A DNA stretch of 64,000 nucleotides. Source: Malacoraja senta. Taxonomy: Eukaryota. Each line of letters opens with the position of its first letter. Position 1 is the stretch's first letter. Made by a program: the position numbers and the translations under genes. The notes beneath the pieces are model-generated. The model saw nothing but the letters and a program-made list of their open reading frames with translations, had not been told where the DNA came from and ran no database searches. Of the stretch, positions 34,300 through 47,519 are shown in pieces. The DNA lies in the NCBI GenBank assembly GCA_038087875.1, contig JAXLNO010001166.1, positions 496,001 to 560,000 of the forward strand, written 5' to 3'.

Positions 34300-34750
34300 A
34301 AAGATAGACACAAAATGCTGGAGTAACTCAGCAGGGCAGGCAGTATTTATGGAGAGAAGGAATGGATGATGTTTAGAAACGTCACTCATTCCTTCCCTCC
34401 AAAGATGCTGCCTGTCCTGCTGAGTTACTCCAGCATTTTATGTCTGTCTTCGGTGTAAACCAACATCTGTTAATCCTTCCTGAAGAAGGATGTCGACCCG
34501 AAATGTCACCCATTCCTTCTCTCCAGTGATGCTGCCTGTCCCACTGAGTTACTCCAGCATTTTATGTCTGTCTTCGGTGTAAACCAGCATCTGTAGATCC
34601 TTCCTGAAGAAGGGTTTCGACCCGAAAAGGTCTCAACCCGAAATATCACCCATTCCTTCTCTCCAATGATGCTACATGTCCCACTGAGTTACTCCAGCTT
34701 TTTGTGTCTTTCTTCAGTTTAAACCAGCATCTGCAGCTCCTTCCGACACA
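34300..34750 (+). repeat. Tandem array of three ~120-bp Penelope pLTR-derived units preceded by an inverted half-unit
   Basis: Unit 'cacccattccttctctcca..gatgctgcctgtccc.ctgagttactccagcatttt.tgtct..cttcggtgtaaaccagcatctg...ccttcc' repeated. 'ctgaagaagg..tcgacccgaaa' sits at the two junctions. Confidence 0.85.
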
Positions 34751-34784
34751 ATCTATAGCCCTCATTATTTCACTCCTGCATTCT

Positions 34785-35260
34785 AGTGAGGAGGAGGAGA
34801 GTAGGGCTTAGGTTTCCTAAAATTGGCGAGTTCAATGTTCACACCATCAGGTTGAAAGCTACACAAGAAGAATCTTAGGGGCTGTTTGCATGTGACCTCA
34901 CACTGGCAATGGAGGAGGCCCAAGACAGAAAGGTCAATATGGCAATGGGAAAGGAAGTTCAAATGGTTAGCATCCAGGAGATCCAGTGTGGAAGTCCATG
35001 GCAGATCCAGTGCATATTTTCGGCGAAATGGTCGTGGAGTCAATGCTTGGTCTCGTCGATATACAGGAGGCCACATTGGGAACACTGGATGCAATAGATC
35101 AGTTTAGAGAAGGTGTACATGAACGTCTTGTCTCACCTAGAAGGACTGCTATGGTCCCTCGAGGCAGACCACAGAGGAGGTACAGGAACAGATGTTACAT
35201 CTGCAGTTGCAGGGGAGATTACCTGGGATGCGATGGTTTGGGTGGGAAGTGATGAGAATT
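34785..35260 (-). mobile_element. Degenerate Penelope-like GIY-YIG fragment
   Basis: Reverse strand matches the C-terminal region of the other copies (HIDLSVLGLLHCQ). Confidence 0.65.
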
Positions 35261-38200
35261 TTAGGTAACCTAACCCCCCCCATTTCTTCCCCTCCCCTGT
35301 TCCCCATCTGGACTGGCATCTATTTCTGCCCTCCCCCATCACCTTCACATTCCTCTATTCTCACAATTCACCATTCTTTAATTCCTTTTGTCTTTTCATC
35401 TCTGGCCTTTGTCCAATCATTTGCCTGTCGGAAAATCCTCTCTGCAACATTTTAGATTAGTTTATTGTTTCGTGTACAGAGGTACAGTGAAAAGCTTTTG
35501 TTGCCTGCTAACCAGTCAGCGTAAAGACAATACATGATTACAAACTAACCATTTACAGTGTAGAGATACATGATGAGGGAATAACATTTAGTGCAAGGTA
35601 AAGCCAGTAAAGTCCGATCAAAGAAAGTCCGAGGGTCAGAAATGATGCAGATAGCAGTTCAGGACTGCTCTCTCATTTTGGTATCTATCACCTATCATCT
35701 GCCATACTTTGTTCTGCCCCTCCTCCCTTCTAGCTTTATTTACCCTCACAATCAGTTTGAAGAATGGTCCTGACCCAAAACCTTAGCATCCTACGCTCTC
35801 CAGTAATGCTGCCTGTCCCACTGAGTTATTCCAACACTGTGTCTTATTTTGTTAACCATCATCTTCAGTTCCTCCTTTCTGCTCCTTCCCAGTCCTGAAG
35901 GGTCTCTGGCCTGAAACATTAGCTCTGCTTTCCTGCCCACAGATGAGGCCTGACCTACTGCATATTGCCAGTGTGTTCGGTATTTTACTAAAGTCAATTT
36001 TAATAATACTATTCCTGCATGCATTAATGAATTACTATCCTTTTCAACTATGTTCAAGGTATGAACATTTCAGCATGCAATTCTACCGTAAAAAGATCAT
36101 AAAAATACCAAACAACAGTGTTATTCAAACAAGTAGTTAATATCGAGACATGTTGGAATCTTGAGCAATGAAATACTGGAGGAACTCAGTGAGTCAGGGA
36201 GCATCTGTGGAGCGAATGGACAGGTAATGTTTGGAGTCAGGACCCGTCTTCAGTAGTTTAAATAGTTTTGAATCTAGCTACTTGCAATAAATCAGTAATT
36301 TTAGTGGGTGTTAAGGTTAGTTTAGAGTTATAGCGGAAACAGGCCCTTCGGCCCACTGAGTCCATGCTGACCATTGATCTCCCATTCACTCTAGTTATTC
36401 CACTTTCTTGTCCACTCTTTATACATTAGGGGCAATTTACATAGGCCAATTAACCTACAAAGCTGCATGCCTTTGGGTTGTGGGAGGAAACCGGAACACC
36501 TGGAGGAAACCCACTCGGTCACAGTGAAAATGTGCAAACTCCACCTAGACAGACCTGAAGTCAGGATTGAACCTGGGTCTCTGGCGCTATGAGGTAGCAA
36601 CTCTCTACCATTGTACCACTGTGCTGTACTTCACAAAACCCATTAGCCAGATCAACACACGTAAATGGCAAAGAAAATCAAAGGAGCATTGGCGGCCATG
36701 GGTACCTGTGTTATATGGAAAATAAATTGGGAGGAATAGGACTGATGAATGAAAGAATGATTGAATGATACTCTATTGTCACATGTACCCAAGGTATCTG
36801 TGTATAGTGAAATGCTTTGTTTTCCATACAACCTCAGTCTATCCTTGACCGGACTTTGCTGGCTTCACCTTGCATTAAACATTATTCCTTTATCATGTGT
36901 CTCTACACTGTAAATGCATTGATTGTAATCATGTATTGTCTTTCTACTGACTGGTTAGTAAGCAACAAAAAGCTTTTCACTGTACCTCGGTACACGTGAC
37001 AATAAACTAAACTGAACCTAGGCAGTACAAAAATGGCGTCATGTGTTGGCGCAGACAAAGTTACAAAGTACCGAACAGTCCTATCCACTGCCTGTTGCCG
37101 CACATGGCAACAGACCCCATCCCCACCAGTTCCCCCTTTGTTCTTAGTGGCGCCCCCATCCCCACAGTTCCCCCTTTGTTCTCGTCCCCCTCAATGGGAC
37201 AGCCTCCCTGTGCTGAATGCCCTACGTCTACAATGTTCTAAGTATAAGATTAGATTAAGCAATGCTCACTGTTGGACTTTTTACCTGCAAACCTTTATTA
37301 CTTTGTTGGTCTGTTTGAATACAAACATTCTTGGGTGTTCTTGTCTGTACAAACTAAAATGTGTTGGTTTCTCTGTGACGTTTGAATTCGGGTACCATGC
37401 TCACCAATCCTTTTTAACAGATGCAGCATGGAAACAGGCCTTTCTGCCCACTGAGTCTGCACTGACCATCTATCACCCATACACTATTTCTATGTTTTCC
37501 CTGTTTCACATCCAACACACTCAGGGCAATTTACAGCGGCCAATAAACCTACAAACACACACGTCTTTGGAACGTGGGACGAAACAATAGACAATAGAGA
37601 ATAGACAATAGGTGCAGGAGTAGGCCATTTGGCCCTTCGAGCCAGCACCGCCATTCAATGTGATCATGGCTGATCATCCCCAATCAGTACCCCGTTCCTG
37701 CCTTCTCCCCATATCCCCTGACACCGCTATCTTTAAGAGCCCTATCTAGCTCTCTCTTGAAAGTATCCAGAGAACCTGCCTCCATCGCCCTCTGAGCACC
37801 CAGAGGAAAGCCGAGCGGTCACAGGGAGAACATATCAACTCCATACAAACAGAACTCATTGTTGGGATCCTTCTTGTGTCTGTGTAGGAAGGCACTGCAG
37901 ATGCTGGTTTACACAAAAGATAGAGACAAAATACTGGAGTAACGCAGTGGATCAGGCAGCATCTATGGATAAAAGGAATGTATCTTCTTGTACCCCACTC
38001 GTTATATATTAATTTATTGTAATTGGAGCAGTCTGCAAAACTCTCCATAGACAAGAACAAGTGTTTATGTGGATTGGCTACCATTAAACACTAGTCCCCT
38101 GCAATAAAATGCAGATTTAGGATTTTACAGATCAATACTTTGAGGGCCCCGTTTACAATGATATGTACATCCCATCATTTAGAATGCCCCTTCACCTACT

Positions 38201-41200
38201 CTTTTGAAGCCTTCTCCACACATATTGTCACAGAGACACACAAACAGAACCTTCAGCCGACAGTCCACTCTGACCATGAAGCACTCATTCCATACCATTC
38301 CATCCCACCATTGAATAGATCTACAGGAGGTGCTGCCTCAGAAAGACAGCTAATATCATCAGAGACCCACACCACCCTGGCCATACTCTCAGGGCCAGCC
38401 ACCCTGGACCAGGAATTTGCCCGGAAGATCTGGCCCATCCATCACGGACTGAGTTCTTGCTCGCTGTGGACCGTGGATGGAGGACCCACCTGGAAGGCCC
38501 AGCTGGCCCGCCCAGAGTGGAAGGAGTCAGATGGATGGCTTATAGGCAGACAAGCTGCGGGAGGGAATGGACTGCCTCAACAGTGGAGTGGGTGCTGGAG
38601 GCCCTGCAGCAGCCTGGGGCTTGGCTGTTCCAGGTGCCGCTCCAAGAGGTCGGGCACATGGACCAGTTGCTCCCTGCAGCAGTAGAGGACACCACAGCTT
38701 CGATTGGACAGGTCAACCCTGCAACAACACCAGGACAATGGGCCTCATGGTCAGGCCAAGAACCCTCACTTACAACAACTGGGACGTGAAAATGGCACCA
38801 TAAACTGGCGACACTGTATACTGTCTCAGCGTACTACTGCTATACACTTGTACTGTATCTGAGATGCTTATCTAAGATGTATCTAAGGACTTATGTATAG
38901 TGATACTTGTACTAAACTGTATACAATAATGAATTTCACTGTACCTCGGTACTTGCCACAAATAAAATACCGTTGAACCAATCAACTGTCTCTGAGGTTA
39001 GAGAGCCTGAGAACTGTTAGCTCCAGGTTTAAGAGCAGCTTTTTTCTCATGAGCAGCAGGCATTTAAACACTGCACAACACGAACCACAACCTTACCTCT
39101 ACCTCTGCGATAGACTTTATTTTGGTTGCAGTAAGGATGTTTGTTTTTCCACTGTTATTGTCTGGTTACCTAGTATAACTAATAGTAATTAATTGTACCA
39201 TTGATTGTTGTATATTTAATATGTGTATAAGAATGTCATTGTTCCATTGCCAGTACAGATGACAATTAAACTCTTGCTCTTGATCAACTCATTCTTATTC
39301 TCTGCAAATTCCCATCATCTCTCTCCAGATTCTATCACTTACCTACAAATGACAGTCAATTTACACTGTTGAAACAAGGAACTACAAATGTTGGTTCACA
39401 AAGAGACGCAAAGTGCTGGAGCACCTTAGTGGGTCCGGCAGCATCCCTGGAGAACATTTATATGTGATGATGGATAGATGTTTCGGGTCAAGACCCCTTC
39501 TTCACTCTGTGGAAGGGTGTTGACCCTAAACGTCATCTAGCCACGTTCTCCGGAGATGCTGCCTGACCAGCTGAGTTACTCCAGCACTTAGCGATAGACA
39601 CAAAATGCTGGAATAACTCAGTGGGACAGGCAGCATCTCTAGAGAGAAGGAATGGGTGATGTTTCAGATTGAGGCCCTTCTTCAGACTTTGTCATCATTG
39701 TGCTAACTTGCTCCATCCCATTCACCCATCATCTTTCTGATTGAAAAATATTCAGATTTCAAACTCTGATCATTGTATTTAAATATCTAAGACCAACAGC
39801 TCTTTCATTCAAAGCATATCTTTCAATCATTTGTTCTTATATATCTCTATATCACCGCCTGTATCTCTCGTTTCCCTTTCCCCTGACTATCAGTCTGAAG
39901 AATGGTCTCGACCTGAAACGCTACCTATTCCTTTTCTCCAGAGTCGCTGTCGGACCCGCTGAGTTACTCCAGCATTTTGTGTCTATCTTCGGTTTAAACC
40001 AGCATCTGCAGTTCCTTCCTACGCAGCTCCTCCCTCGGCATGCATACAGTCCATACAATTTCACAGTTGAGGTTAGCGTTGTGTATTGTTCACGTGCTTG
40101 ATAGTTGTTGGGAAGAAGCTATTCTTGAACCTGGAGGTCATGGTTTTCAAACACCTATACTTTCCACCCCATGGTGGGAGGTAATGAAAGCGCGGCCAGG
40201 GGGATGATGTTGCCTTCCTTTTTGAGGCAGCGTCTCGTGTGGATCCCTTCGATGGTGGTGAGGTCAGAACCCACGATGAACCGGGCAGTATAACTTCCTG
40301 ATTATTCACAAATTTACATATTTCATCTGAAGAGCAGGCCTAAGTAATAGAATTGCTCTCTAAATATCCCTTCCTTTAAGATGCACCTTAAATGTTTATT
40401 TTGCTAATTGTCATGTCATGCCATTATACTGCTCGAAGTAAAATGTTACAGAATAATATTCTTACGAATCTCATTGAAGCATTTTCCTACATTGGAACTG
40501 CTATAAATGTTATTCTTTATATCTAAGCCTGTTTCCCCTTTCACCAAATTAGATTATTACCATCAAAGGAGAATGTCATTGTTTTGTTTGGCTCTGGAGA
40601 TGCGTGCTGGAATGTGATCATTAAAATCTTCTCGTATATTGAACCCTGAACGACACTACACTCAGCTATGATTAATGAACAAAATAAAGTGTTCGAGTAA
40701 CTCAGCAGATCAGGCAGCATGGATAGGTAATGTGTCGAGTCGGACCCTGTAGACCTATGGACTGTCTTTGGTTAAACTAACCATTTGCGGTGTTTTTGCA
40801 CAGATTTGGGGATTATCAATTTACTGAATTTTTAGTATGTTATCTATTTGTATTGTCTTACAGGTCTGCTAAGCTGCTACAAGAATTTCATTGTTTTGTA
40901 GTCAGCACATATGGCAATTGAACACTCTATACTCTCTTTCCTTCTGGACTCTCTTGTGGAGTGGGATCAAACCTAACCTAAGCAAAATGTTGCCATTTCA
41001 TCCTTTGTTCCCAATCTCTGATATTCTATAAAATCATAACCGATCCTCTAGCAGACAACCATTTTCCCGAACTAACCCAGAATTCCTTTTGTATCCAAGC
41101 ATCTTCCTATCCCTGCCTCAAGCATCTGATTGACTGAATGCCCACAGCCTTCTTGGACAGAGAATTTGAAAGACTAATTACCCTCTGGGTGAAAAGATTT

Positions 41201-41489
41201 CATCTCATTACTGCACTGAATTCAACGATTCAATGATATTTTATTGTCACACGCACCTAGGTACAGTGAAATGCTTCGTTCCGTATACAACTCGGTAAAA
41301 TCATATAGCTGACCTAACCTAGGCAATACACAAGTGTCACCATGTTTTGTTGCCATAAGAATGTCTGAAGCCTTATTTTTAAACTGTGAATTTTGGTTCC
41401 AGACACACCAGTCTGGGGAGAAATAAAAAGATCATCCCTCATGTTCTGAACTTTGACTCACTTCATAAGTCAAAGGTGCAGAATTTGGT

Positions 41490-42800
41490 TGTTCAGCCCA
41501 TCGAGTTTACTCCACAATTTAATCATGGCTGACCTATCGTTCCCTCTCAGTGCCGTTCTCCTGTCATCTCCCTGTGACCTTTGACACTCTTACAAATCGG
41601 ACGCCATTTTCTGTTTTTGTATTCCAGTCCTCTTGATATAAATCACCTTCCTGACTACCGATTCAATTTGCAAATTAACCTTTTGGGAGTCCTGCACCAA
41701 CACTCCCATGTCACTGTGTGCCTCCGATTTCTGGATTCTCTCTCCATTTGTAAAATAATCTACGCCTTTATTCTTATTAGCAAAATGCATGTCTCCGCAC
41801 TTTGCTATACTGGATTTCATCTGCCACTTCTCTGCCCACTCTCCTAACCTGTACACATTCACATTACAGGAGTAGAATTAGGCCATACGGCCCATCGAGT
41901 CTACTCCACCATTGGATTATGGCTGATCTGTGCCTCCTAATCCCATTTTGCTGCCTTCTCCCCATGATAACCCGTTCTAATCAAAAATGTGTCGATCTCT
42001 GCCTTAAAAATATCTACCAACTTGGCCTCCACAGCCCTCTGTGGAAATGTGTTCCACAGATTAACTACCCTCTGACTAAAGAAATTCCTCCTCATCTCCT
42101 TTCTAAAAGAGCACCCTTCAATTCTGAGGCTATGACCTCTGGTCCTAGACTCACCCGCCAGTGGAAACATCCTTTCCACATCCACTCTATCTATGCCTTT
42201 CATTATTCTGTAAGTTTCAATGACGTTCCCCCTTCAACCTTCTCAACTCCGACGAGTAGAGGCCCAGTGCTGTCAAACGCTCATCATATGCTAACCCACT
42301 CATTCATGGAATTATTCTTGTAAACAACCTCTGAACCAGAGCCAGCACATCCTTCCTCAGATAGGGGGCCCAAATTTGCACACTGTACAAACGTGGCCTG
42401 ACCAGCGCTTTTGAAGCCTCAGAATGTCATGTCTGTTTTTGTATTCCAGTCCTCTTGATATAAATCACCTTCCTGACTACCGATTCAATTTGCAAATTAA
42501 CCTTTTTGAGAGTCCTGCACCAACACTCCCATGTCACTGTGTGCCTCCGATTTCTGGATTCTCTCTCCATTTGTAAAATAATCTACGCCTTTATTCTTAT
42601 TACCAAAATGCATGTCTCCACACTTTGCTACACTGGATTTCATCTGCCACTTCTCTGCCCACTCTCCTAACCCGAACAAGTCCTTCTGCAAAGTCCTTGC
42701 ATCCTCTACACTGCCTGCCCCTCCACCTATTTTAGCATCATCTGCAAACTTGGCCACAAAACATTCAATCCCCTTATCCACATCACTACTAAACAACATA
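41490..42800 (-). mobile_element. CR1 fragments including a ~240-bp near-identical direct duplication
   Basis: ECFVAKFADDAKIGGGAGS, ERMFPLAGESRTRGHSL. Segment ~41610-41850 is repeated at ~42432-42672. Confidence 0.85.
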
Positions 42801-43019
42801 AACGTGACGACCGCACGTTTGGAGTTAAGAGTTGTCACTCAGTCAATAGCAAAATCCACAGTGTGTGTTAATCTTTTACTGATTTTGCATTGTACTAGTG
42901 CCTCGCTCTCTTCCCACATTTCAGAATCAGATCAATCAGAATCAGAATCACACTTTATTCACCAAGTATGTTTTGCAACATACGAGGAATTTGGCCATAA
43001 ACTTGAACCTGTCAAACAA

Positions 43020-44420
43020 TGCACTTTGTGTAGGAAAGAACTGCAGATGCTGGTTTAACTAGAAGGTAGACACAAAATGCTGGAGTAACTCAGCAGGCCG
43101 GCAGCATCTCTGGAGAGAAGGAATGGGCGACCTATCGGGTCGAGACCCTTCTTCAGACTGATGTCAGGGGAGTTGACGGGACAAAGATAGAATGTAGTTG
43201 AAGACACTAAGACTAGTGTAAGAACTGGGAAGGGGGACGGGATAGAGAGGGAAAGCAAGGGCAATTTAAAGTTAGAGAAGTCAATGTTCATACCGCTGGG
43301 GTGTAAACTACCCAAGTGAAACATGAGGTGCTATTCCTCCAATTTGCACTGGGCCTCACCCTGACAATGGAGGAGGCCCAGGACAGAAAGGTCAGATTGT
43401 GAATGGGAGGGGATGTTGAAGTGCTGAGCAACCAGGAGATCAGGTAGGTTAAGATGGACAGAGTGGAGTAGTTCAGTGAAATGATTGCCGAGCCTGTGCT
43501 TGGCCTCGCTGATGTAGAGAAGTTGGCTCCTGCAACTGCGGATGCAGTAGATGAGGTTGGAGGAGGTGCAAGTGAACCTCTGCCTCACCTGGAAAGACTG
43601 TTTGGGTCCTTGGATGGAGTTGAGGGGAGAGGGAAAGGGACAGGTGTTGCATCTCCTGCGGTTGCAGGGGAAAGTACCTGGGGAGGGGGTGGTTTGGGTG
43701 GAAAAGGACGAGTTGACAAGGGAATTTCCGAGGGAACGGTCTCCACGAAAAGCAGAAAGGGGGGGAGATGGGAAGATGTGGCCAGTAGTGGGATCCCGTT
43801 GGAGGTGGCAAAAATTATGGAGGATTATATGCTGTATGCCACGGCTCATGGGGTGGAAGGTGAGGGCAAGGGGGACTCTGTCCTTGGTACGAATGGGGGG
43901 GGGGTAGGGAGAGCAAGAGCGGAGCATCGAGGAGACCCTAGTGAGTGCCTCATCTATAATGGAAGAAGGGAACCCCAGTTTCCTAAAGAATGAGGACATC
44001 TCCGATGCCCTGGAAAAGAAAACCTCATCCTGGGCGCAGATGCTGCGTAGACGGAGGAAGTGGTAGTCGGGATAGAGTCTTTACAGGAAGCAGGGTGGGA
44101 AGAAGTGTAGTCCAGATAGCTATGGGAGTCAGTAGGTTTGTAGTAGATGTCGGTCAATTGTATGTTTCCTGTTATGGAGATGGTGAGATCTAGAAACGGT
44201 AGGGAGATGTCGGAGATGGTCCAAGTGAATTGGAGTGCAGGATGGAAATTGGTGGTGAAGTTGATGAAGTCAGTGAGTTCTGCATGGGTGCAGGAAGTAG
44301 CACCAATGCAGTCGTCAATGTAGCGGAGGTAGAGTTCGGGGATCGGGCCAGTGTACCTCTGGAACAGTGATTGTTCGACGTTCCCTACAAAGAGGCAGGC
44401 ACAGCCCTTTCCCGCCTCTC
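43020..44420 (-). mobile_element. Penelope-like element (RT C-half + GIY-YIG + pLTR), frameshifted
   Basis: CACLFVGNVEQSLF, LYLRYIDDC, PTDSHSYLDYTSSHP, QRFTCTSSNLIYCIR. Confidence 0.9.
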
Positions 44421-44771
44421 CCACATTGTATTCCCATTCTTACAATAACAACTTGAAATCAAAGATGGTTTTGTTTCAAACCGCGTCGCTCCTGTTTGTT
44501 TTACACGAGTTAAAATCAGTTTAAAGCAATATCTGCAGTTCCTTCTTCCACAAAGGAAACGGGGCATTGTGCAAATCAAAGCAGAAATTCCAGTCTGGAT
44601 TGTACTGAAACAGTGGAGATTAAACCCTTTTAACGTCCGTCCGCATGAACCATGAATCAGACTGAATGTGTATTGCGCACTTTTTCAAAACTCAGTCGCC
44701 TCCGGTCAAGATTGAGATAAAGCCAAGACGCTTTTAGCCAGTAGTGAATAAAATGAGAATCATTAACTTAC

Positions 44772-44823
44772 CTGCTTGAGCCCCTTGTACGCGGAAGATA
44801 CTCAACAAGATGAACAGCATCAT
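44772..44823 (-). CDS. Probable signal-peptide (leader) exon of the MHC class I-like gene
   Basis: ATG at 44823 gives MMLFILLSIFRVQGAQA plus 1 nt, then a consensus donor cag|gtaagt (44771-44766). Hydrophobic core and an AxA cleavage site. The phase-1 end matches the alpha1 exon, giving ...AQA/GPHTL. The link across 13.3 kb is inferred. Confidence 0.7.
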
Positions 44824-44897
44824 TTCACGCACAACCTCACGCATCAACAGCAGCAACTGAGCCAAACTTCACCAACATCAAAGCAGGATCTCATCAT

Positions 44898-44940
44898 GCA
44901 ATCAGAATAAAAATACAACGGGTCGTCACCAGTTGTCGAG
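44898..44940 (-). promoter_or_regulatory. MHC SXY-module-like X1/X2 and Y boxes
   Basis: Minus strand reads CTCGACAACTGGTG-ACG (X1/X2-like), then CTGATTGC (Y-like) 21 nt after X1, 75 nt upstream of the leader ATG. HLA-DRA has CCTAGCAACAGATG, a ~20-nt spacer and CTGATTGG. Confidence 0.5.
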
Positions 44941-47519
44941 CGATGTCATTGAACCAGCAGGAAACAATTGACTGCAATGGAGACATGAGGAGGTGCTGAT
45001 GCTGATTTACAACAACAAAAGACCCAAAGTGCTGGTGTAACTCAACAGGTCAGGTCACAACTCCGGAGGGCATAGATAGGTGACGATAGACACAAAGCGC
45101 TGGAGTAACTCAACGGGTCGAGCAGCATCTTTGGAGAAAAAGGATAGGTGACTATTGTCAGTCTGAAGTAGGGTCCCAATCTGAAACAGCGCCTGTCAAT
45201 GTCCTCCAGAGATGTTGCCCGACCTGCTGAGTTACTCCAGCACTTTGGTTTTTTCGCACTCTATAGAAATGGAATGGAAAGGCAGGGCGTAGTTGCCTGG
45301 GACTGTAATTACGTTTCAGATAACTCTCCATTCTTATGCTGCTAACTGCTCCTTATGTTACCATTCAGGAGACCCATAAATCCAATGCCTATCCTGACTT
45401 GAATCATTACAATGCAGAACAAAAAGGAGGAAACCAAACACTGTCCACAACAGGTAGAGCTGCTGCCTCACAGCACCAGAGACCAGCGTTAGATCCTGAC
45501 CTCAGGTATTGTCTGTGTAGATTTTCTTTAAGAAAGAACTGCAGATGCTGGAAAAATCGAAGGTAGACAAAAATGCTGGAGAAACTCAGCGGGTGAGGCA
45601 GCATCTATGGAGCAAAGGAATAGGCGAAGTTTCCGGTCGAAACCCTCCAAGAAGGGTCTTGACCCAAAACTATTCCTTCGCTCCATAGATGCTCCCTCAC
45701 CCCCTGAGTTTCTCCAGCATTTTTGTCTAGCTACTGTATAGATTTTGTTCCTTCTTGCTGTGACCACCTGGGTTCTTCCCGGGTGCTCTGGTTTTCTCCC
45801 ACATTCCACAGGTGTGTGGGTTTGTCAGTTAATTGACATCTGTAAATTTCCCCTAGCGTGTGTGGGGATTGGACCAAAAAGTGGGATAACATTGAACTAG
45901 TGTGAAGGGGTGATCGGTGGTCAGCATGGTGGGCTGAAGGGCCTGTTTCCATGTTGTATCTTTCAACTCAAAATGGAATTCTTTAAAAAAGTTATATTGG
46001 AAGATAGTTTGGACATTGAAACTGTGCAGCAAATGGTAGTGGATATAGACGGCGATGGTGTCTACAAATTTATCAAGGATCTATCTATCAGATATGGGGA
46101 GAACTTTCACAATAGCATTGGTATTGGTTTATTATTGTCACTTGTATTGTGATATAGTGAAAAGCTTTTATTTGCATCCTAATCAAACCAGATCAGGAAT
46201 GACTGAGGGATTGTATTGAACAATAGGGCAGGCTTATGGGCCTGTTTCAATGCAATAAACTCCATATTAATGTACCATATAAAGAATGCAGGTGCTTGTA
46301 TGGTTGGTGATGAGCCCAAAATATTGCTTTTGTAATTCAAGATATCCTCAGTGTTGCAACGGTAGAGTTGCTGCCTATAGCAGCAGAGACTCGGGTCGAT
46401 TCTGACTAACGGCGCTGTCTGTACGGTGTTTGTACATTCTCCCTGCATCTCCATGCGTGACTGCATTGTTTTTCTCTGGGTGCTCCAGTTTCCTCCCACA
46501 TCTCAAAGAAGTACAGGTTTTTAGGTTAATTTGCTTTGGTAAAATTGTAAATTGTCACCTGTCGTGGTATAGTACTATTGTACGGGGAGTTAGCGAGGAC
46601 TCGGTGGGCCGAAGGGCCTGCTTCCGTGATGTACCTCTGAAGTCTAATGTCAAAATGTTGATTTCTATTCATTTTAATTTTCAGCTCTTAACCAAAATCA
46701 TTTCAATCCACCCAAAGATGTCTGTGTTTCTCCCTCACTACACCAGATTTAAGTCTGCATTTTTAAAAATGCTTTTAATTTTGCTCGGATAGTGCTGAAC
46801 TAATTTGCTTATGTTACTGGAGTTATAACTCACAGCAGTGACCACAGTAAGCAAGAGACATCAAATACATGAACACAAGAAAGGAGAAGCAGGAATAGGC
46901 CCACAAGCCACTGGCAGAATTAGTCCAAACCAATGTTTTAGTCCATGTTACTCAACCACTGATAGAGGCCACATTATTCTGCTCCCTTCTCCCTAAAGTT
47001 TAGTTTATTATTGTAATGTGTACAAAAATACAGTGAAATACCATGTTTTGCATGCTATCCAGTCATAATACACCATACATGAGTACAATCATAAACAAGT
47101 AAGAGTGCAATGGTTGTAGTGGGTAATTGTAGAGATCACAAGAAAAATGAAGTATTTGTTGGCCATGAGTAAAGTCTGTTCTGCAGCTCAATTAGGTCAT
47201 GACTGATCTACTCATGACCAGAAGAGTCTGTAGCCAGTAACCCACAACTTCCCAAAGAAACAAATCCATCCTTCTCAGTAACGTAATGAATCTACAATCT
47301 GTAGTTGAAAATTCCCACCCATTCGTTATCATCTGGGAGAAAAATAAAACAATTTTCTCCTCAGTTTGAAACCTTGGCCTCCAAGGTCTAGTTTCCTCCA
47401 TGAGGGGAACTATCAAGAACAGGAGGAAATAGAACAGTAGTAGGCTATCAGCCCCTGAGAATAGTCACCAAACTTGTCCCACCATTCAATAAAATGATCA
47501 CTGTTCAGTTGGCCTCAGC

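Noticed and set aside
34300-34750. Repeat array as a CRISPR-like locus
   Set aside because: The units are contiguous ~120-bp Penelope-derived repeats without unique spacers, there are no cas genes, and the context is eukaryotic.
38400-38810. GC-rich overlapping ORFs (181 aa and 110 aa)
   Set aside because: They are flanked by Rex/L2-type 3' sequence and have no domain signature; probably the internal or UTR part of a repeat.
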